From: a virus
Virus record (IMG/VR): IMGVR_UViG_2773858005_000001
Location: 1,962-65,961 of that record
Length of the DNA: 64,000 bases
Direction: 5' to 3' (one strand)
In this document: positions 10,401 to 18,195 of the stretch, one piece after another
Numbering within the stretch: position 1 is the stretch's first letter
How the letters are laid out: every line of letters begins with the position of its first letter
Made by a program: the position numbers and the translations under genes
The notes under the pieces: model-generated
Databases searched by the model: none
Told to the model about the DNA's origin: nothing
The model's input: the letters and a program-made list of their open reading frames with translations, nothing else

Positions 10401-13036
10401 CGCTTAGCCCATGAGTTCCCTAGATTTTCAAGATCATTATAATTTTTAGCGAACACGCTTGTCTTGTTTTCAATAAAAGATGTGTAGGTATCAAATTCTC
10501 GTTGTTGAGTAATACTCAACTTCTGTAAATTACCACCTACTTTATCTGTAAGCTCTTTAATTTTTCTTTGAGCTTCTTCTACTTGTTTAATCTCATCATC
10601 ATAGCCACTATTAGAATTACGTTTTGCACCCGAAACGAATTTATCACTTTGAACACCACGACCTGCTCCGATTGAATCAAATACGGTGTTTGTTTCAGTT
10701 TTAAGGCTTTCTAATTGTGTTTTTACTTCACTAGCCATGCCTTGATAACTCTCAACAATCTTAGATGATATTGAAGCACCCTTTTCAGCAGATGCTGTTT
10801 CTAATGCTATGAGTTGAGTATTTGCTTCATCACGCATCGTAACAAAACTATTACCCGCTTTAGCTGTGGCATCCGATACATCCGAACCGAATAAACGTAC
10901 ATTTTCAGCAGTTTTTTCCTGTTCAGCTTTTTGTTTACTTAAAGCTTTAGCTCCCGCAATTGCCGCGACACTCAAACCAACAACTGCTGCAGTTGCTGCA
11001 ATAGTTGGCAAACCCATAGATGCAATAACTGGCAATAATGATTTACTGGATTTAGCCATACCGCCAATTCCTATATCAGCTGCTTTAGCTTCTTTAGATG
11101 CTCCTGCCAAGGATGGAGTTAGAAAACCTAACCCTTTATTTAATTTTGCTAACCCACCCACTGCAACTGAAGATATTTTTTGAACTCCAGATATTCCTAA
11201 TGCCAGTGGTCCAATAGCGGCTGCAGTACCTGCAACTACCATTGTAGTTTTCTTAGCGCCATCTGACATGTTATCAATACTATTAATAAAGTTAGTCACT
11301 TTTTCAGTCACATCAGAAATAACGGGAGCAAATGTTTTACCCATCGATATACCGAACGCCACAAAGTTGTTTTTCATTACTTTAATTTTCGATGCTGTTG
11401 TTTTATATCGTTCGTTTGCTTCGTTAGTTAACGCTGAATTTTCATCCCATGCTTTTGTGGAAATATCTAACGCTTTACCTAGCAACTTGCTATTACCTGC
11501 TAAACGTAGCATTGTATCAGATTCACGAATACCTTGAATACCAACATCTTTTAAGACATCATTAAGGTTTTCTCCATTTGAGGATGCTTTACCTAATCCC
11601 TCAACGTAGAGTTGCAATGCTTTTGCAGGGTCTTCTGAAAACAACTTAGCAAACTCATCACTTGTAACACCTGCGACACTTGCAAATGAATCTAATTTAC
11701 GTTCACTCTTATCTAATTCTTGTGTGAATTTTTGAAGACCTTTACCATCGAGATTCTTTTCAGCTTCAGCAATCTTTTCAGCGTATCCACTATGAGATGC
11801 AACAACGTTCTGCATTTTTTTCAATGCCATACTCATTGCTGTACCGCCTGCTTCGGCTTCGATACCCACCGAACTCATAGCTGTTGCGAGTCCAACAACA
11901 TCAGCTTCACTCATACCGATTTGATTACCAACACCTGCTAGGCGCATTGCCATAGATGATATTTCAGATTCTGTAGTTGCAAAGTTATTACCTAAATCAA
12001 CAATCGAACTACCTAATCTATCAAACTTTGTTTGACTCATTTGCATGATATTTGCAAAACGTGCAAATTCAGTAGCAGCTTGTTCTTGTGTTAAGTTTGT
12101 GGATTCGCCTAAGTCAATAATTGTTCTGCTGAATTTCGCAATGTTTTCTCGTTCGATGCCTAACTGTCCTGCAGATTCTGCCACAGCGGCAATATCATTT
12201 GCTGATGCAGGTAATGCTTTTGACATATCAATAATAGTTTTACTGATTTCAGCGTATTGTTCTTCTGTCGCATCCACAGTTTTTCGAACACCTGCAAAAG
12301 CAGATTCATAATCGATAACTGCTTTAGTAGCACCTGCGAACCCTGCGACAATTGGTGTTGTGACACCTAATGTCATTTTACGACCAACAGCGGCAGATTT
12401 TTCACTCGCTGTTTCTAACTTTTTACTGTACGCTTCAAGCTCTTTGGAACGTTTTGTAAATGGTGAGTTTTCCACAGCTTGCGCTTTATTAAACTTATCC
12501 TGTGCCTTAGTTGCTCCATCAATACGTTTTGATAACGTGTTGAATGATTCAACCTCTTTATTGACTGCCTTTTCTGCATTATTTAATGCTTTGGGCATGT
12601 CTTGCAATTCTTTATTTAACTTAGTATATTCTTTCTGATTAGCTGAAACTTCTTTTTTAGCAGCTGCTAATTCAGTTTTATTAGCTGTTCCAGATTTCTT
12701 TAGATCATCATAACGTTTCTTAGATTCGGTGAGGACTCTATTAGATTTTTCAATCTCACCGTTTAACGATTTATTGCGTTCTTGCAACGTTTTATAGTCA
12801 CCTTGCGTTTGTTTAACCATCTTAGACTGGACTTCCATTTTCTTAGTCAATCCAGTTATAACAGCTTCATATTTCTTTGTTGATTGTTCACCTTTATCAA
12901 ACGCTGACAGGTTTGCTTTCATTTCTTGATTAACGTTACCTAATGTACGTTTAAGACCTGCCATGCCCTCGTCAACACCTTTTGTGTCCAATCCTAAGGC
13001 TATTTCCATACCTTTAATACGTTCAGTGTTACTCAT
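7472..13036 (-). CDS. Tape measure protein with C-terminal lytic transglycosylase (SLT-like) domain
   Basis: 1854 aa, YESAFAGVRKTVD TMP core, helical repeats, IQSESGGNPRAV..GLVQV..AGINYAKSRYG. Confidence 0.95.
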   Translation of the reverse strand: MSNTERIKGMEIALGLDTKGVDEGMAGLKRTLGNVNQEMKANLSAFDKGEQSTKKYEAVITGLTKKMEVQSKMVKQTQGDYKTLQERNKSLNGEIEKSNRVLTESKKRYDDLKKSGTANKTELAAAKKEVSANQKEYTKLNKELQDMPKALNNAEKAVNKEVESFNTLSKRIDGATKAQDKFNKAQAVENSPFTKRSKELEAYSKKLETASEKSAAVGRKMTLGVTTPIVAGFAGATKAVIDYESAFAGVRKTVDATEEQYAEISKTIIDMSKALPASANDIAAVAESAGQLGIERENIAKFSRTIIDLGESTNLTQEQAATEFARFANIMQMSQTKFDRLGSSIVDLGNNFATTESEISSMAMRLAGVGNQIGMSEADVVGLATAMSSVGIEAEAGGTAMSMALKKMQNVVASHSGYAEKIAEAEKNLDGKGLQKFTQELDKSERKLDSFASVAGVTSDEFAKLFSEDPAKALQLYVEGLGKASSNGENLNDVLKDVGIQGIRESDTMLRLAGNSKLLGKALDISTKAWDENSALTNEANERYKTTASKIKVMKNNFVAFGISMGKTFAPVISDVTEKVTNFINSIDNMSDGAKKTTMVVAGTAAAIGPLALGISGVQKISSVAVGGLAKLNKGLGFLTPSLAGASKEAKAADIGIGGMAKSSKSLLPVIASMGLPTIAATAAVVGLSVAAIAGAKALSKQKAEQEKTAENVRLFGSDVSDATAKAGNSFVTMRDEANTQLIALETASAEKGASISSKIVESYQGMASEVKTQLESLKTETNTVFDSIGAGRGVQSDKFVSGAKRNSNSGYDDEIKQVEEAQRKIKELTDKVGGNLQKLSITQQREFDTYTSFIENKTSVFAKNYNDLENLGNSWAKRKGDLDNKTYIEEMNKLKKAKDKTLKESDKSYKKSSDSLQKQLDEDRITQQEYAAAMFALEGDKLSRTEKANAKYITAQSNMASKLKSVKNINLKTLQTLDDATQKYGDGQVQYWDEQTGKIYKTQEDWLAATKKHNEGVMKSSKDLTDKQKENLEIYESNQRNYYMQIGTSVEEAIRYAKEDRDKLESEMTATGQMINKQAIAAKDAYLDGLKSDGEIKKAAEKWGLDLTDTTNKIDLGRYGKKTAKEFFDSFQSGTDEGAAMAKIFFGQKLESMAGKDLSEVGKNNVATLREGLFAGALTLDQIKGTFNGKVMDLFPKDLTNLGKQEVATLNAGLKSGQIDEAELKAKYDGQLKNIFKKDLSSWSKADLATFKSGMSVGITDLGVLSEKYKTTLDSIFSKDISKLSADSMATLKVGIQLGLPGAKEAMDNISGVIKKGAKVDLGSQGKFTMDSLVKAYTSGKINVDTFMKGYQGLMRNKANINLDYQGKQTINSLANGMQSKKAYTDSKALNIKTGIQKNLTFDPWAYAKGQAGSTELGKGLLNKKNKPLDASAEIGKGVIGNFNGIVGGANDLTSSLGGNGKLPLLKFNAWATGTNGALAAAETAWVGDGGKQELIQYANGNMALSPDTPTLTHLPKGSQVFSGEQTEDIFKKFKNFGIAPMYAKGTGASVKDWFSSKIEDIMGFFDKPAELWKKLTSSAFSQTSFKGDSGVNIGNGAEKHAENQSNWLKKLFDGMGGEEPSGAGVTRWAGTVKRALAMNHLPVTPAYVNAWLRQIQSESGGNPRAVQGNIGDINNKTGDLAKGLVQVIGTTFEAYKFPGYNNRLNGLHSLLAGINYAKSRYGAAGMLGVIGKGHGYANGGIVSQHQVAQIAEGNRAEAIIPLHPSKRSRAMQLLKQVKNVLGDEDGGTVVVNNQKNDNSELVALLTQQNALLMKLVNKDNNTYLDSKKLEPAITKQQQSKDTTRNFFKGVTN

Positions 13037-13050
13037 TAAATACCTCCTAA

Positions 13051-13254
13051 CTAACCGAGACGGTCAAGAAATTCATGCGCTGGTATAGCTTTTTGTTTTT
13101 TAGCTTTTTTGGTTTCTTTCTCTAAGACCAATGTCAGCAATCTTTCGTATGGCTGACTATCAACTTCGGTAACTGTCCATCCGTAACTCGTCATGCAATA
13201 TCTACGAATGTCGTTCAAAGTTTCCACTTGTTCTTCGAGACTTATTTCTTCCCC
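13051..13254 (-). CDS. Tail assembly chaperone extension (gpT-like), probably made by -1 frameshift
   Basis: -1 frame reads EISLEEQVETLNDIRRYCMTSYGWTVTEVDSQPYERLLTLVLEKETKKAKKQKAIPAHEFLDRLG* and overlaps the end of the upstream chaperone at GGGGAAG. Confidence 0.7.
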   Translation of the reverse strand, partial: GEEISLEEQVETLNDIRRYCMTSYGWTVTEVDSQPYERLLTLVLEKETKKAKKQKAIPAHEFLDRLG

Positions 13255-13595
13255 TGGTCTTCTTCCTCTTCTTCGTCTGGTTCAAAGGATTCGGGAGATA
13301 CAGCTTTCATGACATCTGTCAGTTGTTGTTCCCAGTTATCACGAGTTAATCCGTTCTTAATATCTGTGGGAGTGAGTTCCTCTGATGCGAACAACTCGGC
13401 AACATATTCAAGTTGCAAGTTGATTCCACCGAAAATACTCGGCTCTTCTTGTTCGGTTAATTTGCGAATTTTTGACTGTAAAATAAAAAAGTTCTCAATG
13501 TCCGCTAATGTTGCAACGCCACGAGAATAAGTTTTTTCTTTGCCTGTGTTGGCATCTGTAAGAGTTAATGTAATTTTTTCTGTCATGTTATCCAT
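13242..13595 (-). CDS. Tail assembly chaperone (gpG-like)
   Basis: Position between tail tube genes and TMP; acidic C-terminus. Confidence 0.75.
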   Translation of the reverse strand: MDNMTEKITLTLTDANTGKEKTYSRGVATLADIENFFILQSKIRKLTEQEEPSIFGGINLQLEYVAELFASEELTPTDIKNGLTRDNWEQQLTDVMKAVSPESFEPDEEEEEDQGKK

Positions 13596-13618
13596 CCTTT
13601 ATTCGTATTTTTAAAAAA

Positions 13619-13645
13619 ATAAAAAAGAGTAGGTTTCCCCACTCT
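13619..13645 (-). terminator. Intrinsic terminator-like hairpin inside the tail operon
   Basis: AGAGTGGG-GAAA-CCTACTCT followed by a T-run. Confidence 0.7.
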
Positions 13646-13656
13646 CTTCTTGTTTG

Positions 13657-14085
13657 CTATTCAGCTGTCTTAATAGTTACTGCACAAGTTGCCGTCTTAG
13701 TGCCAGCTTTAGCTGTAATTGTTGCTGTCCCAACTGCAATAGCTTTTACAGTACCGTCAGCTCCTACAGTTGCTATTTTCGCATCACTGGTTGTCCACAC
13801 AACCGTTTTATCAGTTGCATTGGCAGGGGCTACTGTAGCTGTTAATTTTTCAGTTTCTCCAACATTTTTAGCTAATGTCGTTTTATTTAAAGTGACACCT
13901 GTTACCACGATAGGCAACGTTTCAAATGCAGGCACATCGACCTTTTCACTTTCTAACTCGCCAACTTTACGCGATAACGTAAAATCACCTTTTGCATATT
14001 TAGTTGCAGGCGTTAGCGCAGAAAGAGAAACCTCAATCTCTCCTTCTGCAACCTTTTCACCTGTTTTATTGTAAGCAATTAACAT
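13657..14085 (-). CDS. Ig-like display protein: partial Fn3-like N-terminus plus Big_2 domain
   Basis: LSALTPATKY..ESEKVDVPAFET then VTGVTLNKTTL..LTATVAPANATDKTVVWTTSDAKIATV. Confidence 0.85.
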   Translation of the reverse strand: MLIAYNKTGEKVAEGEIEVSLSALTPATKYAKGDFTLSRKVGELESEKVDVPAFETLPIVVTGVTLNKTTLAKNVGETEKLTATVAPANATDKTVVWTTSDAKIATVGADGTVKAIAVGTATITAKAGTKTATCAVTIKTAE

Positions 14086-14100
14086 GTTTACACCTCATTC

Positions 14101-14157
14101 CTAATCTGCTGTTATTTTAGCTGTAGTTGTTCCCGCAACTACTTTTAGCCCTTTGGG
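14101..14157 (-). other. Candidate -1 programmed frameshift of the major tail protein giving extension PKGLKVVAGTTTAKITAD*
   Basis: X-XXY-YYZ heptamer C CCA AAG (14157-14151) just before the stop; -1 frame open to TAG at 14101. Confidence 0.75.
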
Positions 14158-14726
14158 CTTGTAACTGCTGTTTTAAATAAAGCTGTTTCAAATGCTGCTA
14201 ACGCTTTAGCGCCTTTACCTTTACCAAATACGCGCGCTTCGCCATCGATTTGCTTAGTCACAAATTTACCTTTAAGTGCATCTGCTTCTAATTCTTTAGG
14301 GTCTTTTTCTTTTGTATTAGCTTTAACACTTTCAGTTGAGAATTTACCTTTAGGCAATCCGAAATACACATCGTTTCCTTGAGGGTCTTGAGATTGTGCA
14401 AGCAATGCAACATATGGTGCAATTGTGTTTTCGCCCGACCAAGAAATTCCATCTTCGCCTTCTACTTGACCTAACACCGCGTTTAATACTTCGTCTGGTA
14501 AGTCTAAAACTGACATATTAACATCAAGCTCCGTTGCACCTTGTGATAAAACGTAGTAAGCAACATCTGACCCGTATTGAGTAATAGGTTCAATATCAAA
14601 ACCATTGATTTCAATATCTACTGTTGCACCTTTGTTAGTTTCACCGTTGATTGTAAATGTTTTTGTTACTTTATCATCTTCACCTAAAATACCGATTTTC
14701 ACTTGTTTAAATCCGACTAATGACAT
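14145..14726 (-). CDS. Major tail protein (phi13-like family)
   Basis: MSLVGFKQVKIG..APYVALLAQSQD..YFGLPKGKFS; position after tail completion genes. Confidence 0.9.
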   Translation of the reverse strand: MSLVGFKQVKIGILGEDDKVTKTFTINGETNKGATVDIEINGFDIEPITQYGSDVAYYVLSQGATELDVNMSVLDLPDEVLNAVLGQVEGEDGISWSGENTIAPYVALLAQSQDPQGNDVYFGLPKGKFSTESVKANTKEKDPKELEADALKGKFVTKQIDGEARVFGKGKGAKALAAFETALFKTAVTSPKG

Positions 14727-14762
14727 AATTAATTCACTCCTATTTTCTGTTTTTTTGTATTT

Positions 14763-14786
14763 AAAAAGACACTCTATTGAGTGTCT
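14763..14786 (-). terminator. Terminator-like hairpin immediately upstream of the major tail gene
   Basis: AGACACTC-aata-GAGTGTCT then TTTT. Confidence 0.6.
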
Positions 14787-15166
14787 AGTTGGTAACGGAA
14801 TGGAATGCCTATATATCTCCGAGCATCCACATAGCGTTTTGTTCCATTAAAATATTCATCAAAACCATTCGTTTGTTGATATAAATTAATGTTTTCTAAT
14901 TCTTTTCGTATTTCATTTTGCACAATTTTTACAACCTTACGATCATGCGATTGCACATCAATCTGATATAAATATTCTTCTGAATGGTTCGTATTGCCCC
15001 CATAATTAACTGGAACAGGAACGTCCATAGGAATAATTAACATGAATGGTTTGTCAGTTGCAGCAGTTTCTGGAAGTTCGTAGTAAAAAATACGACTTCC
15101 ACACTGTGCTTTTATGACTTCATTAGTTTTTAATTTTTCATAGATTACACTTAGCATGTCTATCAT
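14774..15166 (-). CDS. Tail completion/terminator protein
   Basis: Position; EEYLYQIDVQS..YVDARRY pattern. Confidence 0.7.
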   Translation of the reverse strand: MIDMLSVIYEKLKTNEVIKAQCGSRIFYYELPETAATDKPFMLIIPMDVPVPVNYGGNTNHSEEYLYQIDVQSHDRKVVKIVQNEIRKELENINLYQQTNGFDEYFNGTKRYVDARRYIGIPFRYQLDTQ

Positions 15167-15564
15167 AATTTTTTACTCAACTCCTCTTTCACTACTTTGA
15201 AATAAACACTTTCACTACTTCTCAATGACCTAGCAATAGCACCCACGCCTCGTGGGAGTATCTTTTTACCATTCTTCGTGTAACCAAACTCGTTCAAATG
15301 AATGAGCCTGTAGCGGTCCTTAGAACCTCTCCAATTGACAACAATTGTACGAACACCGTTTTTGTAAATGGGTTCATTGACAGTGATTTCATCTTTCGAT
15401 GCACCAGTATCTTTAAAAGTGTCGAAATTCTTTTCTAATTCACTAACGAAAGGTTTTGAAGCTTGCGTTAATGCATTATCAACAATCACTAGCATTTCAT
15501 CACGACCAAACATTTTAGAAAGTTGGTCCTCAACTTCTTTAATGCCTTTGATGTCCACACTCAT
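15163..15564 (-). CDS. HK97 gp10-like tail component
   Basis: MSVDIKGIKEV..DTGAS..RLIHLNEFG. Confidence 0.75.
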   Translation of the reverse strand: MSVDIKGIKEVEDQLSKMFGRDEMLVIVDNALTQASKPFVSELEKNFDTFKDTGASKDEITVNEPIYKNGVRTIVVNWRGSKDRYRLIHLNEFGYTKNGKKILPRGVGAIARSLRSSESVYFKVVKEELSKKL

Positions 15565-15923
15565 GATTTCAACCCTAAAACTACGGTCACAAAATCATTG
15601 TTTGTGACATCGTGTCTTACATCAATTACATTGAAACGTTTACCTGTGTAGCGATAATCAAATATCTCCACAAAATGCTTGTTGGTGACTGTGTATTCAC
15701 CCTTTGTATCACGTATAGTAATCGTCACAGCTTCTTTAGTCTCTACAGTGGATAACAACTCTAAATCTTTCATAGAGCTGTTATAAACCTCTGCAAAGCA
15801 TGTAAATAAAGAAGCTTTTTCATAATCACCTGGTTCAGGACCAGAAGTACCATACTCATAAAACTCAACTGCCGTTCTTAACTTGCCAGAATGTACTTTC
15901 GGTGGATTATACTTTTGTTTCAT
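15561..15923 (-). CDS. Head closure/head-tail adaptor
   Basis: GKLRTAVEF..AVTITIRD..KRFNVIDV; position. Confidence 0.75.
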   Translation of the reverse strand: MKQKYNPPKVHSGKLRTAVEFYEYGTSGPEPGDYEKASLFTCFAEVYNSSMKDLELLSTVETKEAVTITIRDTKGEYTVTNKHFVEIFDYRYTGKRFNVIDVRHDVTNNDFVTVVLGLKS

Positions 15924-16194
15924 CTGCAAAACCTCCCAAAACTGACTCCAATCCTACAGACGTGAGTTGAGAGCGAAAGTTTTCATCGAAAAATTCAACC
16001 GAATCATTATAAACATAACGAGAACGTTCAAGCACCAACTCAATGGCTCGATTGTTGTCTTCTAACGTAGCTAAACTACATTTATGTTTAATATCATCCA
16101 CAGATGCTTTGATGATCATCAATAAATTAGCATCTTCAGCACTGTGAGAAATATGCATTCTATTTTTAAACTCAATTAACAATTCTTGCTCCAT
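15907..16194 (-). CDS. Head-tail connector (gp6-like)
   Basis: EFKNRMHISHSAEDANL..LVLERSRYVYND. Confidence 0.8.
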   Translation of the reverse strand: MEQELLIEFKNRMHISHSAEDANLLMIIKASVDDIKHKCSLATLEDNNRAIELVLERSRYVYNDSVEFFDENFRSQLTSVGLESVLGGFADETKV

Positions 16195-16205
16195 GAAATC
16201 CCTCC

Positions 16206-16272
16206 TTAATCAGCAGTTAAGACTGCACCATCAGTGTCAGCCTTTACTTTGATATTTAGAGGTGGCTTAGGG
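16206..16272 (-). other. Candidate +1 programmed frameshift of the major capsid protein giving extension KPPLNIKVKADTDGAVLTAD*
   Basis: Capsid ends CCC TAA; +1 frame open for 20 codons to TAA at 16206. Confidence 0.75.
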
Positions 16273-17409
16273 TTTCTCAACTTCTGTTTCGATTTTCAAG
16301 TCCCAAATTGCCGCAACTTTATCATCTTTAGCTTTACCATATGCAAATTGTTTTGCAGTGTATAAGTCTAAATCTTCTAAAGCGAGTGTTTGGTCATATT
16401 TTTGGATATTTACACCACCTGCTACATAAGCATCGTAACGTTCTGCAACGTATGAGATAGCTTTTTTAGCTGGAACAAATACTGATTCCAAGATTGTTAA
16501 GTTGAAAGGCATAGCAGTCACATAAACGCCGTTTGCGTTAAGGTGAGTGTATTGAGTGCGCACATCCCAAGCATCGACTGGATTAACTAACAAAGTAACT
16601 TTGCCTGCTGAGTTAAAAGCTTTACCATTTTCTTTGATAGAGTGGTATTTAAATACTTCAACTAATTCTTTAACAGTCGATTTAGGGTCTGAAAATGTCA
16701 ACGTACCTGTCGCTTTTTTCTCTGGGTGCTTGCCATCTACAATTGCAACATCTTTCTTCACTTCACGAGTTAAACCGATAGGTTGTTCTTTACCGTCACC
16801 TGTAATAAACCCAATTTCTAACGCAACTGAAAACGCTTCAGTGATTTGAGTAACAACATAACGTTTAATCCAAGCAGGACCAAAGTCGTTTAAATCTTTT
16901 GGTAACACTACAAATGCTGTTAATTTGTTTTGAATTGCTTCTTCATCGCTAAATGCAGCATCTAATTGCCCTTTAATTTCACCAAAGATTTTACCCCAAA
17001 CCGCAACGCCGCTTGTTTCTGATTTCAAGAATTTCAAACGTAAACCAGTTGTTTTCATTCCAATTGAAGCTAAGAATGGATGTTCAGTAGTTAGATCTTC
17101 GAAAATTTCATCAATGATAGTTTGTGGTAAAAGTTTTTCTTCTTTATAACCAACCTCTGTATTAATATCGTTGAAGAATTTAGTTACTTCTGCTGTCATT
17201 GTTGGGTTGCCACGAGTAGCATCGAATAGTTTTTCAGCTTCGTTACGTGATTCTTTACGACTTTCTGCGAGTAAATCCTCAGCCATCGCATTCATCATGT
17301 TCATGTATGCTTCGTCCTGCTCGTCTTGTGGTGCTTTTTTTGTAACTAAGTCAGCGAAAATCGCTTTTTGTTCGTTGTATTTTTGTAAACCTTTAAGTTT
17401 CATTGTCAT
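16267..17409 (-). CDS. Major capsid protein, HK97 fold
   Basis: LLPQTIIDEIFEDL..ITGDGKEQPIGL; follows portal and protease. Confidence 0.95.
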   Translation of the reverse strand: MTMKLKGLQKYNEQKAIFADLVTKKAPQDEQDEAYMNMMNAMAEDLLAESRKESRNEAEKLFDATRGNPTMTAEVTKFFNDINTEVGYKEEKLLPQTIIDEIFEDLTTEHPFLASIGMKTTGLRLKFLKSETSGVAVWGKIFGEIKGQLDAAFSDEEAIQNKLTAFVVLPKDLNDFGPAWIKRYVVTQITEAFSVALEIGFITGDGKEQPIGLTREVKKDVAIVDGKHPEKKATGTLTFSDPKSTVKELVEVFKYHSIKENGKAFNSAGKVTLLVNPVDAWDVRTQYTHLNANGVYVTAMPFNLTILESVFVPAKKAISYVAERYDAYVAGGVNIQKYDQTLALEDLDLYTAKQFAYGKAKDDKVAAIWDLKIETEVEKP

Positions 17410-17433
17410 TATTATTCCTCCTATTTTTGGGTA

Positions 17434-18195
17434 TTAAAAATAGAACCTTTTAGTTTTAGGTTCTTCTGGTTGATTATTTTCAATGGCTGTTTTGCCACTG
17501 TTTAAAAATTCTTTTTTCAAATCTGATACAGCTTCAGCAACTATTTCTTTCAATTGACCTGCATTCAAAGCTACGCTGACAGGTTCAGTAGGTGTTGCCT
17601 TACTATTCAACATTTTATTAATTACTGCTTGTGGAATGGCTGTCGTAGGCATACTAGCTACTAACTTAACTGATTCATCAGCGAAAAGGATTTCATCTGC
17701 AAACCCTTTTTCTTTTGCTTCCACAGCTGTTAGCCAGGTCTCTTTATTCATCAGTTCTAAGATTTCAGATTGTTCTAAACCTGTTTTAGCTTCATATGAT
17801 GCTGAAATAGATTTATTGTAATTTTTAATTACTTCTGACTGATGGGCCAAGTCTCTATAGTCGCCCGATGCACCAGACGATACATTGTGAATCATTATCT
17901 GCGCTGTGGGTGAAATTTTAACCGTGTGACCAGCCATAGCTATAACTGATGCAGCAGATGCCGCAATACCTGTAATCGTAACGTTAACTTTACCGTTATG
18001 TGATTTAAGTGCTGTATATATCTCACTGCCTGCAAACACATCACCACCACCGCTATTAATATTAATATCAATATCCTCACCATCTACGAGTTGCGAGGTG
18101 ACAGTTTTAGGTGACGTTGCTTCAATATCGAAATAATCGTAAATCCATTGTTCCGAGTTTGAAATAATTGGGCCATTAACCATGATTTTTTTCAT
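17434..18195 (-). CDS. ClpP-type prohead protease
   Basis: INSGGGDVFAG, GIAASAAS, MIHN, ETWLTAVEAKEKGFAD. Confidence 0.95.
   Translation of the reverse strand: MKKIMVNGPIISNSEQWIYDYFDIEATSPKTVTSQLVDGEDIDININSGGGDVFAGSEIYTALKSHNGKVNVTITGIAASAASVIAMAGHTVKISPTAQIMIHNVSSGASGDYRDLAHQSEVIKNYNKSISASYEAKTGLEQSEILELMNKETWLTAVEAKEKGFADEILFADESVKLVASMPTTAIPQAVINKMLNSKATPTEPVSVALNAGQLKEIVAEAVSDLKKEFLNSGKTAIENNQPEEPKTKRFYF

Noticed and set aside
345-12638. Plus-strand ORFs opposite tail genes (e.g. 345-623, 10866-11183, 11268-11537, 12045-12311)
   Set aside because: Antisense shadows of well-supported genes, Ser/Ala-rich, with no RBS or motifs.
13700-14074. 124-aa plus-strand ORF
   Set aside because: Codon-symmetry shadow of the Ig-like gene.
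14085-14157. Frameshift fusing the major tail protein to the Ig-domain gene
   Set aside because: The -1 frame stops at TAG 14101, and the Ig gene has its own RBS (GAGGTG) and ATG.
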